DNA of 64,000 nt, taken from positions 2,482,001 through 2,546,000 of the forward strand of contig NC_058369.1 in assembly GCF_018350175.1 (NCBI RefSeq). Direction: 5' to 3'. The notes below the pieces were generated by a model. That model made no database searches and had not been told where the DNA came from. It was given only the letters and a program-made list of their open reading frames with translations. Origin of the DNA: Felis catus. Its lineage: Eukaryota. Below, in pieces: positions 38,040 through 49,630 of the stretch (its first letter is position 1; each line of letters starts with the position of its first letter). A program made the translations under genes and the position numbers.

Positions 38040-38455
38040 GGGTTAGTGACCCGGGGCCACTGTAACAAAGCGCCACGCACTGGGGAGCTGAAAGCGACAG
38101 ACATTTATGCTGTCACACTTCCGGGAGCCAGAAGTCTGAAAGCGACGTGGCAGGAGGGCCACGCTGTGGGGAACTCTGTTCCACGTCTCTCCAGCTCCCG
38201 GTGGCTCTCCAGCTTGTGGACGCATCGCCCCAATCCCTGCCTCTGTGGCCACGTGGCCGCCCTGTGTCGATACGTCTCGCCTCCCCCTCTGCCTTTCTCT
38301 TATAAGGACACCTGTCGATGGGTCTAGGGCTCACCCTAAACCTCATCTCGAGATCCGTGACTTACATCCGTAAGGACACCTTTTCCAGATTCAACAGGTT
38401 CTGGGGGTTAGGACTTGGACACATCTCAGGGAAGTCCCCGTTCAACCCACTATGA
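38040..38455 (+). mobile_element. MLT1-type LTR remnant
   Basis: ctgtaacaaagcgccacgcactgggg, gagccagaagtctgaa, cttataaggacacc, gggggttaggactt, ttcaacccacta. Confidence 0.7.
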
Positions 38456-38853
38456 CGGGCGAGCACAAAATGAGCAGCGAATGTGTGGCGGCCGGGACAG
38501 CATCGCGGTGGCTCTAGGTGGGGGGAGCCGGGGCCCCCGCACTGGTGACCTCGTGCGGCAAACAAGGCGGCTTCTCGGAGGAGAGGGCATTTGAGCCATG
38601 TCGTGTCTCGAGAGATGGGGAAGATTGTGGCAGATGGAGACAGGGGTGGCGTGGGGACGGCGTGTGCCGAGCCGGGAGGTGGGAATGTGCCAGGCGGGCT
38701 GCTGAGTGACGTCTGGGGACACTTGTGATTGTCATGACTGGGAGATGCTGCTGGCATCCACTGAGCAGGAGAATAAGGAGCAGCGAAGGTTCCAGAGCAG
38801 TGCGCATTGATCTAGAACGCGAGCCACATTTAACATTTAAATGTTTCCAGGAG

Positions 38854-39253
38854 GGGGCGTCTGGGTGGCTCAGTCAGTTCAGTGTCTGACTCTTGATTTG
38901 GGCTCAGGTCATGATCTCACAGTTCGTGGGTTCAAGCCCCGCACTGGGCTGCCCACTGAGCATGGGGTCTGCTTGGGATTCTCTCTCTCCCTCTCTGATC
39001 CTCTCCCCCCCCAATTAAAAATAAATAAACTTGGGGGGCGCCTGGGTGGCTCAGTCAGTTAAGCATCCGACTTCAGCTCAGGTCGTGATCTCACGGTTCA
39101 TGGGTTCGAGCCCCGTGTCGGGCTCTGTGCCGACAGCTCGGAGCCTGGAGCCTGCTTCGGATTCTGCGTCTCTCTCTCTCTCTCTGCCCCTCCCCTGCTC
39201 GCGCTCTGTCTCTCTCTCTCTCTCTCAAAAATAAATAAACTAAAAAAAAAAAA
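38854..39253 (+). mobile_element. Two tandem carnivore SINEs (38854-39030 and 39035-39253)
   Basis: Two GGGGCG(T/C)C heads, each with a (CT)n linker and an A-tail. Confidence 0.92.
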
Positions 39254-39300
39254 GGTGTTTTTTAAATGGCATTCTTTGTTACTAAAACAATGAATATATA

Positions 39301-39531
39301 TTTTTTAATGTTTTAATGTTTATTTTTGAGAGAGAGAGAGAGAGAGAGAGAGAGGCAGAGCACAAGCAGGGGAGGGGCAGAGAGACAAGGAGACACAGAA
39401 TCCGAAGCAGGCTCCAGGCTCCCAGCTGTCAGCACAGAGCCCGACGCGGGGCTCGGACCCACAAACTGTGAGATCATGACCCGAGCTGATCATGATTGGA
39501 CGCTCAACCAACTGAGCCGCCCAGGTGCCCC
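39301..39531 (-). mobile_element. SINEC_Fc-like SINE, inverted relative to its neighbour
   Basis: T-tail, (GA)n, gaatccgaagcaggctccaggctc, ends ccaggtgcccc. Confidence 0.92.
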
Positions 39532-42500
39532 TAGAATGTTCTAGGTCAGGGGATAACTACTGTGTTAGGCAGCAGATGTAGAATGTTCTAGACTGGGGGT
39601 CACCTCCTCTATTGGAGCGTTCAGACTTAGAATATCCTAGATTAGGAGTGAGCCACTGTTTTGGATAGCACAGATGTAGAATGTTCTAGACCAGGGATCA
39701 ACTACCACGTTAGACAGGGCATTCTAGACCTAGAATGTTCTAGACCCAGGAACATGATGCAATGTCATCACATATCTAGATTGTGGAGTCTGGGGGTCTC
39801 TTTTTGATACGGGCTCGTGGTTGGGGGGGGGAGGATCTCTAGCAGTCCCCAGAAACCATGCCTGTCACGTCCCCATGCCTGAGCCCCCGTCTTCCTGTTG
39901 GAGGAGTCACCATCCTGACTTTCACGGTAACCGACCCCTGTTTTTCCTCACGTCCTTCGTGCTTATAAATATATCTCTAGAAGACCGGGTAACCTTTTCC
40001 CATTTTGCTTTTTACCTAAAGCGACTGGAATCATATCATATGTAGTCTTTACCCCCTGCACTTTTTTCTGTCACTGACTGTGCTGCTGCTGAGACCCAGC
40101 GTCCCCCGTCGGCACCAGGTCTCTCAGCGGCTGGTGCTTTTTCGTGGCCGTGTAGTATTCCACAGCGGGCCCACACAACTTGCCAGTGTCCTGTGGGTGG
40201 GCCGTTACCGACGGGAGAGATCTCTACCTTCCAGAGAGATCCTGCCGTGCTTTGTCTCGGATGGACACGTGCCGCGTCTCCTTTGGGCGCCGACTCGGGA
40301 GTTCGGACCCCCGAGGACCTAGGCCTGCGGCCTCCGTGGCCGACACCCCCCCCGCCAAGCCACGAAGGGGGTTGACTCGCGGGCGAACCTTCTCCCCCCA
40401 GGGCAGCGGTACCGGCAGCCTTTCAGAGCCAGCGCTGACGCCTCGTCCGCGGGTTGCAGGAAGAGTGACGGGGAGGGTGGGGGGGCGCCGGGTCCTGCGC
40501 TGGCTCTGTGCTCCAACCCCCCCCCGCCACGCTGCCGCTGCTGCAGCAGACCGGTTCCCATGTCGCGTGTGACAGCGGTGTCCGTGGGGGATGCGGTTTA
40601 ATCAAATCTCAGCATTCTGGAGTAGGATCCTAAATTAATCACAGAAGCCCAGAATAGGACCCGGAACGGACCGCAGGACCCGGGAGTCCACGCTGGGCAG
40701 ATGCCGCAGATCGAGCTGATGTTCTCCGCTGGGCCGTCCGACCCCAGGATGGGGTTCCTGGACCTGGAACGGGGGGCCGTGGGGACAGCGGGTCCAGCTG
40801 GGTCTCTCGGGGGCCGTGCCATCAGAGACGACACCATCCGTCCTTTCTTCATGAAGGTCTCGAGGGGCGGAGGACACCCCAGTTCTGCCGGCTGCCCCCC
40901 TGTTCTTGTGTGCACCCTGGAAAGGGATAGGTTTGTCCGTCTGGCTGCGGATCCCCCCGACGGACCCCTCCTGACACCCCTTCTATGCACACAGGGGTTT
41001 CTGAGGTGACCCCCCCCCCCCGCAAGACCCCCTCCCACATCCCACGACTTGGCTCAGAGCCAAGCCGAACCTGAGAAGGCGCAAGGGGCCCCACGGTGGC
41101 TTGACCTTCCCAGGCCTCAGTTTCCTCATTTGTGGATGGGACTGCAGAAGTGTTCTGAGGGCCCTGGGCGTGACACCTGCCGGCTGCTGAGCCTGGCGAC
41201 AGGAGCCTGGCACATCCGCGATGAACGAATGAACGAACGAACGAACGAATGAACGAACTGTCGCAGACAAGTCAAGCCTGAAGGACTCTGGGCCAGTCTC
41301 GTCTTCCCCAGCCCGGCTTCTCCCCCTGAAGCGTAGACACAGCTGGGCACAAGCTCTTGACTTACTCCCCGCACGGGGTGCTGGGCCCAGCACGGGTCCA
41401 GCTTGCTCTTTGCCCACGGGGACAGGGACTGGGTTTCACTTTCTGCGGAGTCTGGAAGCCATAGGTTTTGTCTCATTTCATTTCACTTGCCATTTGGGGA
41501 CCCCGGGCCGGGCCTCCGGTGGGGAAGGGGTGCACAGCCCCTCAGCCCCTGCCCCTAGGAAGTCACCCAAGAGGGACAATGTGTGTGTGTGTGTGTGTGT
41601 TGGGGCATGTGCCACAATCAAGGTGATGCCTGGACAAAGCATTGAAGCAGATGCACTTGGAGAGGTGGCCTTCAGGGAGAGGTGGCCTCGGAGGGGCCTG
41701 TTCGCACTGAGGGTGGGGTGTGTGTGGCGGGGGGTGAGTTGCAGTGATGTCCCGGGGGCATGGGAGGAAGGCAGAGGAGGAAGGCAGAGGAGGAATGCCA
41801 GGATGCGACTCCCGGGGCAGTAGGGAGCCACAGCAGCGCCTAGAGCAGGAGAGAGGCTTGCTCTGGGTGTTCGACAGAGGCTGGCGGGGGCCCCCGCGGG
41901 AGAAGGGGAGGCTGTAATGGTGGCTTGGGCTCCACCTTGCTTTCTTCTCCTCCATACTACCCAGAAACAACCCGGTTGGGGCCTCTCCCGGGCCCCCACG
42001 TCTTCTAAAGGACCGTCTTCGGGGCCCCAGCCCGACTACCAGAGGCGCCTCCTGCAGTCCCTCCCCCAGTGGACTCAGTTTCCCCATCTGTAACACACAC
42101 AGGTCAGACACAGGGACCCTGGTTTCTCAACGATGTACGACTTGGTTGAAGTCACCCAGCAAAAGCTGGGGGCAGAGCAAGGACTGGACCTCAGCTACGT
42201 GATGTATGCCCCCCCCGCCCCCAGAGACACAGACGCCCCCCAGAGCCCCGGCCCACAGGACCCTTGGCTGAAGGGTTGGCTGGATCCTAAGGGGACCCTG
42301 AGGAAACCATCAGGCGACCCAGACTCTGCTTCTGACGTTCTCCTCTCCCTTTCTGATTTGCCCATCTGTAAAATGCGAATGTTTCTGTCTCATAAAGTTG
42401 TTTGGAGATTGAATGAGTCAGGGGGTGTAGGTATTCCTCCAGCATGAGAAACTGTCTCCCCCCCCCCCCCCACAAAACTCTTACTCATACTTCAAAACCC

Positions 42501-42859
42501 ACTGCACCATTCCATCTCCAGTGTGGCCCCAGTAGCCTTGGGCTCTTCACTGGTCTGAGCTCTGGGGTCTCCAGGAGCCATTGATCCCTAGCTCTGGCTC
42601 AATCCTGACCTCTCAGGTCTGGGAGTGCCCGCGTCTGCCTGTGTCTCCCCTTGGGTGGGCCAGATTACTGGGGTCCTCCCTGGGGTTGCAGACTGACTTG
42701 GCATGGGGCACGCTGGGAATGTTGTGGAATAAATGAAAGGGGGACGAGATGGGGGAGGGAAGGGACGCAGCGATGGGGAGCCAGAGAAGGTGGAGGAGGG
42801 AGGGAGGGCACTAGGCAGAGACCTCGGTGGGACAGATGGAGAGAGGGAGCCGGAAGGAG

Positions 42860-43400
42860 GTGGGCAGAGCCAGATGGGCGGGCAGGGGCGACAGGAGGGG
42901 TGTGGGGAGACCCAGCTCCCCCCCCAACCCCCCCTCCCCCCCGCACGCCTCCTCCCGGCTCCGGCGGGCAACGCCGTCAGGGCCCGGCCTCTGGCGGGCG
43001 GATCGTCAGCGCCCGCCGGGCGTCGGGCGCCGGGAGCGAGGCGCGGGGCCGGTGCGTGCGTGCGGCGTGTGCGCGCCTGTGCGCCCGGGGCCGGGCGGGC
43101 GGCGGCACGAGGCCAGCCTGGCGCGCGTCTCCAGGCCGGTGGGTAAGGCGGGCCGCGGGGTGAGGACGGCCAGGCCTCAGAGCCTCGGCTTTCGAGTGGG
43201 GGACCGGGGAGGAGGGGACTGACTGCCCGCCTGGCTTCTCGGGACCAGACCCAGACCCCCGCGGCTGCCCCGCGCCGAGCTGACCCAGGAGGGGGAAGGG
43301 GCCTCCCAGGAGGCGGAAGGTCCCAGGCTCCGCAACCGGGCTGGGGGGTGGGGGGGAGATGGGGCGCAGGTATCCAGGCCACGAGAGTGGGGCGGGGGTG
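42860..43400 (+). promoter_or_regulatory. Intragenic CpG island in intron 2 with splice donors (candidate alternative promoter and non-coding first exon)
   Basis: Very CpG-dense at 42940-43170. Donors CCG|GTGGGT (43139) and TGG|GTAAGG (43143). Confidence 0.7.
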
Positions 43401-43539
43401 GAGGGTGCGGGGATGGGCACAGGTTCCCTCCCCGTGGCCCCCCCACCTCGCTCCCTCCCTCAGCGCATCCATCTCCAGAAGATTATATTTAAATATCTCT
43501 TTTGTGCAAGGCAGGAGCTGGGCTCGCCCCTAAGAGGCG

Positions 43540-43599
43540 GTTTCCATGGCAACAACAATTGCCAGCTTCCGTGTGGTGAATCAGCGTTGCCATGGCAAC
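43540..43599. promoter_or_regulatory. Paired RFX X-boxes
   Basis: GTTTCCATGGCAAC at 43540-43553 and the perfect palindrome GTTGCCATGGCAAC at 43586-43599. Confidence 0.8.
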
Positions 43600-43841
43600 C
43601 CCATCCTCATCTGCCCAAGGTGCTGGGCGGCAGGGGGGGGGGGGGGGAGGTGAGGGCCAGCGGAGGCGGGGTGGGAGGGGTGGGGGCGAACAGGAGGCTG
43701 GAGCTCAGGTGCCCCCTGTCCCCCCACCTCCCTTCACAACCTCAGTCTGCCCGCAGCCCAGAACCTGGTCCCATCTGGTTGAACAAAATCTCCCCTCCTG
43801 CCTCCAGCTAGCTGGGTGTGGTACCCAGGTGGAGAGGGCCC

Positions 43842-43884
<43 letters not shown>

Positions 43885-45699
43885 ACATGGTGGGGGAAGG
43901 GAGAGCCTTTCCCAGGTGGTCAGGGTCCCTCTGAGGATGTGGCTGGGTGGGTGGCAGGAACTGGGGACACTGGAAGGCCTCTCTGCTTCTGGGGCTCCCA
44001 AGGCTGAGTTCAAATTGAGGCCGCCCATATGCGCGCAGAATGGGGAGGGGCTCAGAGAGGGTAGGGAAGCTGGAGAGGGGGAGGGGGCGCAGGGAAAGAG
44101 GGTGCAGGGTGAGGGAGGGGACTCAGACTGGGGGTGTGGGGCAGTTCGGGGTCTAAGAGAAGGGGAAGGAGATCTGGGGGTTCACCGTTGGAGAGGGGTC
44201 TCTACTCACGGGACCGGGTAGAAAGATCCTTAGAGTTGAAGTCTAGGGAGGCTTAGTGCCTTCACTCACCCACCATGACCTTGGACAGACAACCTCTCCC
44301 GGCCTCGGTTTTGACATCTGTAAAACCCGGGGAAAGCTGCAGCTCGCTGGGCAGCTGCACAGTGACCAGAGGGCTGACGTCCCCCAAGCACCTTCTCCCA
44401 ATGGCCATGGGGACTGTCTGACCTTGGAGGGGGTCTGGGACGGGCACGTGTTCCAACCCCAGGCCTGGTGCCCTCCTATGCTGTTGTGTGTTGGCCGCCT
44501 CCCCCTGGTCCGTTCAGTTCGGCAAGCTTCTCTGGTTCTCCCTGCTGCCGGGAGAGCCCAAGACCCAGGCACTCGCTGCCCCGAAGCAGAGGGAGGAAGG
44601 GTTGCCTGCGTGGGGCTTTTGAGCGGGGTTTTGAAGGATGAGTAAGAGTTCGCCAGAAGCACCAGGCTTGGAGGAGGATCCCGTTCTCAGACCAGTGGAG
44701 AAGCAAATGTCACCCACTTCCCACATCCCTTGAGTTGGTTCTCAGAGATCCACATTAGCTCCTCCCCATGGCTGGGTGAGTTTGGGGGTGGGGATTACGG
44801 GAGGATTTCTTCCATCGAACATCATTTTCGGTGCTGGAGGTGGAGGACAGGAGGGTCCAGAACACCGAGTCCACATTGAAAGCGGGCCCACTCAGGTACG
44901 ACAGTCCTCCCAGCCAAGGCTCAGAGAGCTGGCTAAAAGGAGTTGCCTTGGTATCAGTCAGCTGGTGCTCAGTAACAAACCAACCCAACCCTCTTATTTG
45001 GTCGTGATTCCACGGGTCGGCGAGCACAGACGGGGCTCAGCTGGGCGGTTCTTCTGCTGGTCGCTCCAGGGCCACTCGTGCCGTGGCAGTCAGTCAGGGC
45101 TTGCGGGGCGAGCCGGGAGAGGACCGCCTTCCTCCCACAGGCAGCCTGTCATTGGGCCTCTCAGTGCTTGAGGTCTCCCGTCCTCCTGTCCTGCCTCGGC
45201 TTGTCCAGCTGGCAGTGCGCGGGTCCCAAAAGAGGAAGCTGCAAAGTCTCTCGAGGCCGGGGCTTGGAACTCCCCCCACTTCCCCGCCACCACACGCCAC
45301 TCGCCAGAGCAAGTCACAAGGCCAAGTCCAGATGCAGAGGGTGGGGAAATAGACTCCGGTCTTTGATGAGAGAAACTGCAAGGTCACATCACACACAGGA
45401 CCAGAGGAGTTGGGCATCTTTCCAAGGAGCATACAGCACTTGGGAAGGCAAGGAGGCTTCCTGCAGCAAGAAATATTGTTACTGGGTTTTGAAGGTAAAG
45501 TAGGAGTTTTCCAGGCAGCATGAGTGAAGCCCTGTACCCGGGACCGTGTGTCCGTTGAGTTTGGCTGGTTTGCTGCTGGAAGCTGGTGGGGTGCTGAGCC
45601 CGGGGAGGGGGGCAGGGTGCCCGGCGGGGCTCGGACGTAGCCTCCCCCCGCCACGCCGCGCTGCCAGCCTTGACCTCCTCCTCCCCTCTCTCTCCACAG

Positions 45700-45751
45700 A
45701 TGGCGCGGCCGATCCAGGTGAAGCCTGCGGACAGTGAAAGCCGCGGAGGTA
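45700..45751 (+). CDS. CELF5: CELF5 exon 3 (end of RRM1 and linker), 52 nt; alternative donor gives an end at 45748
   Basis: Acceptor ctctccacAG|ATG, MARPIQVKPADSESRGG, tandem donors GAG|GTA|GTTGTC. Confidence 0.93.
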
Positions 45752-46559
45752 GTTGTCATCTGTCCGTGGCCACCAGGCCGGGGGTCGGCGGAGGAGCCGG
45801 GGAAGGAGGGGAATCTCTGATCAGGAGGATGTAGCCGTCACCTCTCCGCTCACACGCCTAATGGTGGTGGGAGAGGCAGAGTCCCCTAGCTAGGGTACGG
45901 GCAGGAGAGCAGGGGGGCTCTGTCCTCTCTTCCAAGCCCAGGAGTCAGGAGTAGGGGGTCTGGCTGGGTCCCGCCGCTGGCCCCTAGAGCTTGAAATACA
46001 CCCCTCCCCTAGGGTGCAAAACTGGGGGTCTTCTGACGCAGAGGGGATGGGATCCCTGAAGGGGTCCCTGAGGGGAATCGCTTTTTTCCGTGCGTGGGCG
46101 TGGGCGTGTGAGCACGCATGCCTTGGCACGCCTGTGTACAGATGTGCGTGAGCACGTGCACATGTGCACGCGCGTTTCTGCGGCCCCTGTGGTGGGGGTG
46201 CCTGCCTGCCGGTGCGCGTGTCTGTGCGTGTTCGAGCGTGTGTGCTTGACCTTCGAGGCTGGGCGAGTGGGTTCTCCGGCTGCAGGTCTGGACCGTGTTG
46301 GGGACCTGCCCACGGGGGCGTGCTCGGCTGTCCCCAGTGGCATCGGGGCTAGTCATTCTTGGAGAGTTTCCTCCCCGCCCCCCCCCCATCTCAGGTGGAC
46401 TGGGTGGCGAGCCGGGCAGGGCCGTTAGGACTCCTGTGTGTGTGTAGGAGCCTGGAACAGCCCATCTGGGTTGGGGCCTGTTTTCACACTCTCCAAGCTG
46501 GCTGCGAGTGTAGGGCAGGGGTTGGAGAGGGGGTCTGTGTTTCTCCATCTCTCCCCTTG

Positions 46560-46662
46560 TCTCTCACTCTTTTAGTAATTCTTCCCCTCCTCCTCCCCCT
46601 CCTCCCCTTCTCCTCCCCCTCCTCTCCTCCCTCTCCTCCTCTTCCTCCCCTCCCCTCCTCCC

Positions 46663-46693
<31 letters not shown>

Positions 46694-47335
46694 CTCCTCC
46701 CCTTCCTCCTCCTTCTCTGCCTCCTTCTCCTCCTCCCCCTTTCCCTCCCCCCTCCTTCCCCTCCTCCTCCCCTCCCCCTCCTCCTCTTCCTCCTCCTTAC
46801 CTCCCCCTCCTCCCCTTCCTCCTCCTCCCCTTCCTCCTCCTTCTCCGCCTCCTTCCCCTCCTTCCCCTCCTCCCCCTTTCCCTCCCCCCTCCTTCCCCTC
46901 CTCCTCCCCTCCCCCTCCTCCTCTTCCTCCTCCCCTCCCCCTCCTCCTCTTCCTCCTCCTCCCCTTCCTCCTCCGCCTCCCCTCCCCATCCTTCTCCTCT
47001 CCTCCTCCTCCCCTTCCTCCTCCTTCTCTGCCTCCTTCTTCTCCTTCCCCTCCTCCCCCTTTCCCTGCCCCCTCCTCGTCCCCCCTCCTCTTTCACTTCT
47101 TCCTTCCCCTCCTTCTCCTCCTCCCCTTCCCCCTCCCCTTCCTCTCTCTTCTTCTCCTCTTTCTTCCTCTCTCTGTTTCACCCTCTCTCCCTCTCCATAC
47201 CTCTTTCTCTCTCCTTATCTTTTTCTCTCCTTGTCTCTCTGGTTCTCTCCGTACTCCTCTCTCTGTGTCTCGCTTTGTCTCTTACTGTCTCTCTCTGTCT
47301 CTCTCTGTCTCTCTCACCTGTTTCTTTCCCTGACT
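46560..47335. repeat. About 750-bp polypyrimidine (CCT/CCCCT-rich) tract
   Basis: Almost purine-free + strand. Source of spurious Pro/Ser and Glu/Gly/Arg ORFs. Confidence 0.95.
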
Positions 47336-47401
47336 CTCAGTCTCTCCGCGTCTGTCCCTCCTTCCCTCCCACCCTCATGAGTGACAGCTGCCAGAGAACA
47401 G

Positions 47402-47415
47402 GTTTCCATAGTAAC
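47402..47415. promoter_or_regulatory. RFX X-box-like motif
   Basis: GTTTCCATAGTAAC. Confidence 0.6.
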
Positions 47416-48067
47416 CCAGCTCGGCATCCCTGGGAGACGGAGCTGCCATGTTCCTGATTACAGGGGGGCAGCGCAGTTACCGGAGGGAGCAGGACTCTGG
47501 TGCCTCATACGGCAGACGCCGGCCCAGCCAGGCCTGCAGCCAGGCACCCACCCCAACCCCACCAGACGGGGGCTCCGGGCTTCCAGGCACCCGGTCCCGG
47601 GCGCACACATGCCCTCACTCATTCGGCAGGCACCTGCCCGGCTCCTTTTGGGGATGCGGGAGCCAGCGGCGCTCACCCCCGACGGGGAAATCTAGGTGGC
47701 AGACAGACAGACAGGGGCCCAGGCCAGGCAGTTCTCACGCCAGCACTGTGTGGGGGTGCTCTGAAGGCAAGGAGGGAGAGCATCTTTGCCCGAGGGTGGG
47801 AGCAGTGAGCGGTGGCCCTGAGGACTGAAGGGAGGACGTTCCAGGAGGGGCGCACTGCGTGAGCCGAGGCTCCAAGATGCGCCCGAGCAGCGCACGTGGG
47901 AGGGGGGACAGACCCGGGGCGGGGAAGCTCGTGGCTGTGTCCTCCCGCGCACAGGCAGAGCAGGGGCCGGCAGTGCTCCCCCCGGGCCCTGCTGCCTCCG
48001 TTCGGTTGGCGGGACCGAGAAATTCCCGGAGGCCAGGACTCGGCTGAGGGGGTGTCTCCGCCCACAG

Positions 48068-48196
48068 GGGACCGGAAGCTGTTTGTGGGGATGCTGAACA
48101 AGCAGCAGTCGGAAGAGGACGTGCTGCGGCTGTTCCAGCCCTTTGGGGTCATCGACGAATGCACCGTGCTCCGCGGGCCTGACGGCAGCAGCAAAG
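48068..48196 (+). CDS. CELF5: CELF5 exon 4 (first part of RRM2), 129 nt
   Basis: Acceptor cccac[44 protein letters not shown], donor AAG|GTGACC. Confidence 0.97.
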
Positions 48197-48209
48197 GTGA
48201 CCGGGCGAG

Positions 48210-48795
48210 CCGGGACTGGCCCTGGGGAGAGGCTGGGCGCGTAGGTGGGGATGGGACTAGCTCCTGGGGGCGGAGCTGGGCACCTGAGGGGGCGGGACTG
48301 GCTCCTGGGGGCGGGGCGGAGCACTTGAGGGGGCGGGACTGGCTCAGGGGGCGGGGCCGGGCACGTGGGCGGGCGGAGTTGGCTCCTGGGGCGGGGCCAG
48401 GCACGTGAGAGGGCGGGACTGGCTCCTGGGGGCGGGGCAGGGCACTTGAGGAGGTGGGGCTGGGCACTTGAGGGGGCGGGACTGGCTCCGGGGACGGGGC
48501 CGGGCACGTGGGGGGGCGGGACTGGCTCCTGGGGGCGGGGCAGGATACTTGAAGGGGTGGGACTGGCTCCAGGCGGCGGGGGTGGAGGAGAGCACGTGAG
48601 AGGGCGGGGTTGGTTCCCGGGGGTGGAGCTGGACACTTGAGAACAGGGGACTGGCTCCTGGGGGCGGGGCCAGGCACGTGGGAGGGCGGGGTTAGCTCCT
48701 GGGGGTGGGGCCTACAGGTACCTGATGGGCCGGGACTGACTCCTGAAGGCAGTGGGGCAGGGCGTCTGGGGGCGCGGACTGGGTGGCCGGGACTG
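48210..48795. repeat. G-rich minisatellite of about 40 bp, about 12 degenerate copies
   Basis: Unit like GGGGCGGGACTGGCTCCTGGGGGCGGGGCCAGGCACGTGA. Confidence 0.88.
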
Positions 48796-49502
48796 TCACG
48801 TCCCACGGGGTCCTAACTGTGTGCCATGTCCCGATACGCTGCCTGTGTCCACCTGGCTCTGTGGGACAGTTTCCTGTGGACTGTCGGCCTGATCCTGGCT
48901 GTACCATCCAGGAAAGACTTTAATGGTCTCCGATGTTTCCCTGTCTGCCCATGTGGCTGTATGTGACTATGGACGCCTGCCTCTCTTAGTCTCTGACTCG
49001 TTATGCCTGAGTGTCTAAATGACTATTGCTGTCTGGGTTTTCATGAGTCTGGCGGTGTTTGGTGTTTGTCTGTCTACCTGATTCTACCCGTTTGGTCCAT
49101 CTGTCTGGCACCAACTCTCGGCCTGCCTGTCTCTGGCTCTTGCAACTTTTACTCTTCTAGGACTGAATGTATCCCATGGTCCCTATTTGCTTGGCGCTCT
49201 CTCTTTTTTAAAAAATTGATATCCATATACTGTAAAACTCCCCTTTTTAAAACGTACAGTGAAGTGCTTTTCAGTATATTCAAAAAATTGTGCAACCATT
49301 GCCACTCTCTAATTCCAGAACATTCCATTGTCTCACCCCACCTGCCTGGCTCTTCCATAGTACTCTCTCTGGAATTATGTCTAGTGGTCTCTCCTATGAC
49401 TGTGTGTCTGAATTTACCTATGTCTGGTGGTCCCTGGCTATCTGTCTGCCCGATTTCTGATTCGGTCCTGTGTGACTAGCCAGCTGGGTCTGCCCTGTCT
49501 GG

Positions 49503-49598
49503 TTTCTTTCTTCCTTCCTTCCTTCCTTCCTTCCTTCCTTCCTTCCTTCCTTCCTTCCTTCCTTCCTTCCTTTTCTTTCTTTCTTTCTTCTCTCTTTC

Positions 49599-49630
<32 letters not shown>
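49503..49630. repeat. (CTTC)n-(CTTT)n microsatellite
   Basis: Directly visible. Confidence 0.95.

Noticed and set aside
39035..39125. tRNA-like A/B boxes
   Set aside because: These are the tRNA-derived heads of carnivore SINEs, not tRNA genes.
46359..47333. 324-aa Pro/Ser-rich ORF and antisense Glu/Gly/Arg ORFs
   Set aside because: Low-complexity CCT tract.
47673..48806. 377-aa and 314-aa minus-strand repetitive Pro-rich ORFs
   Set aside because: Antisense reading of exon 4 plus the G-rich minisatellite.
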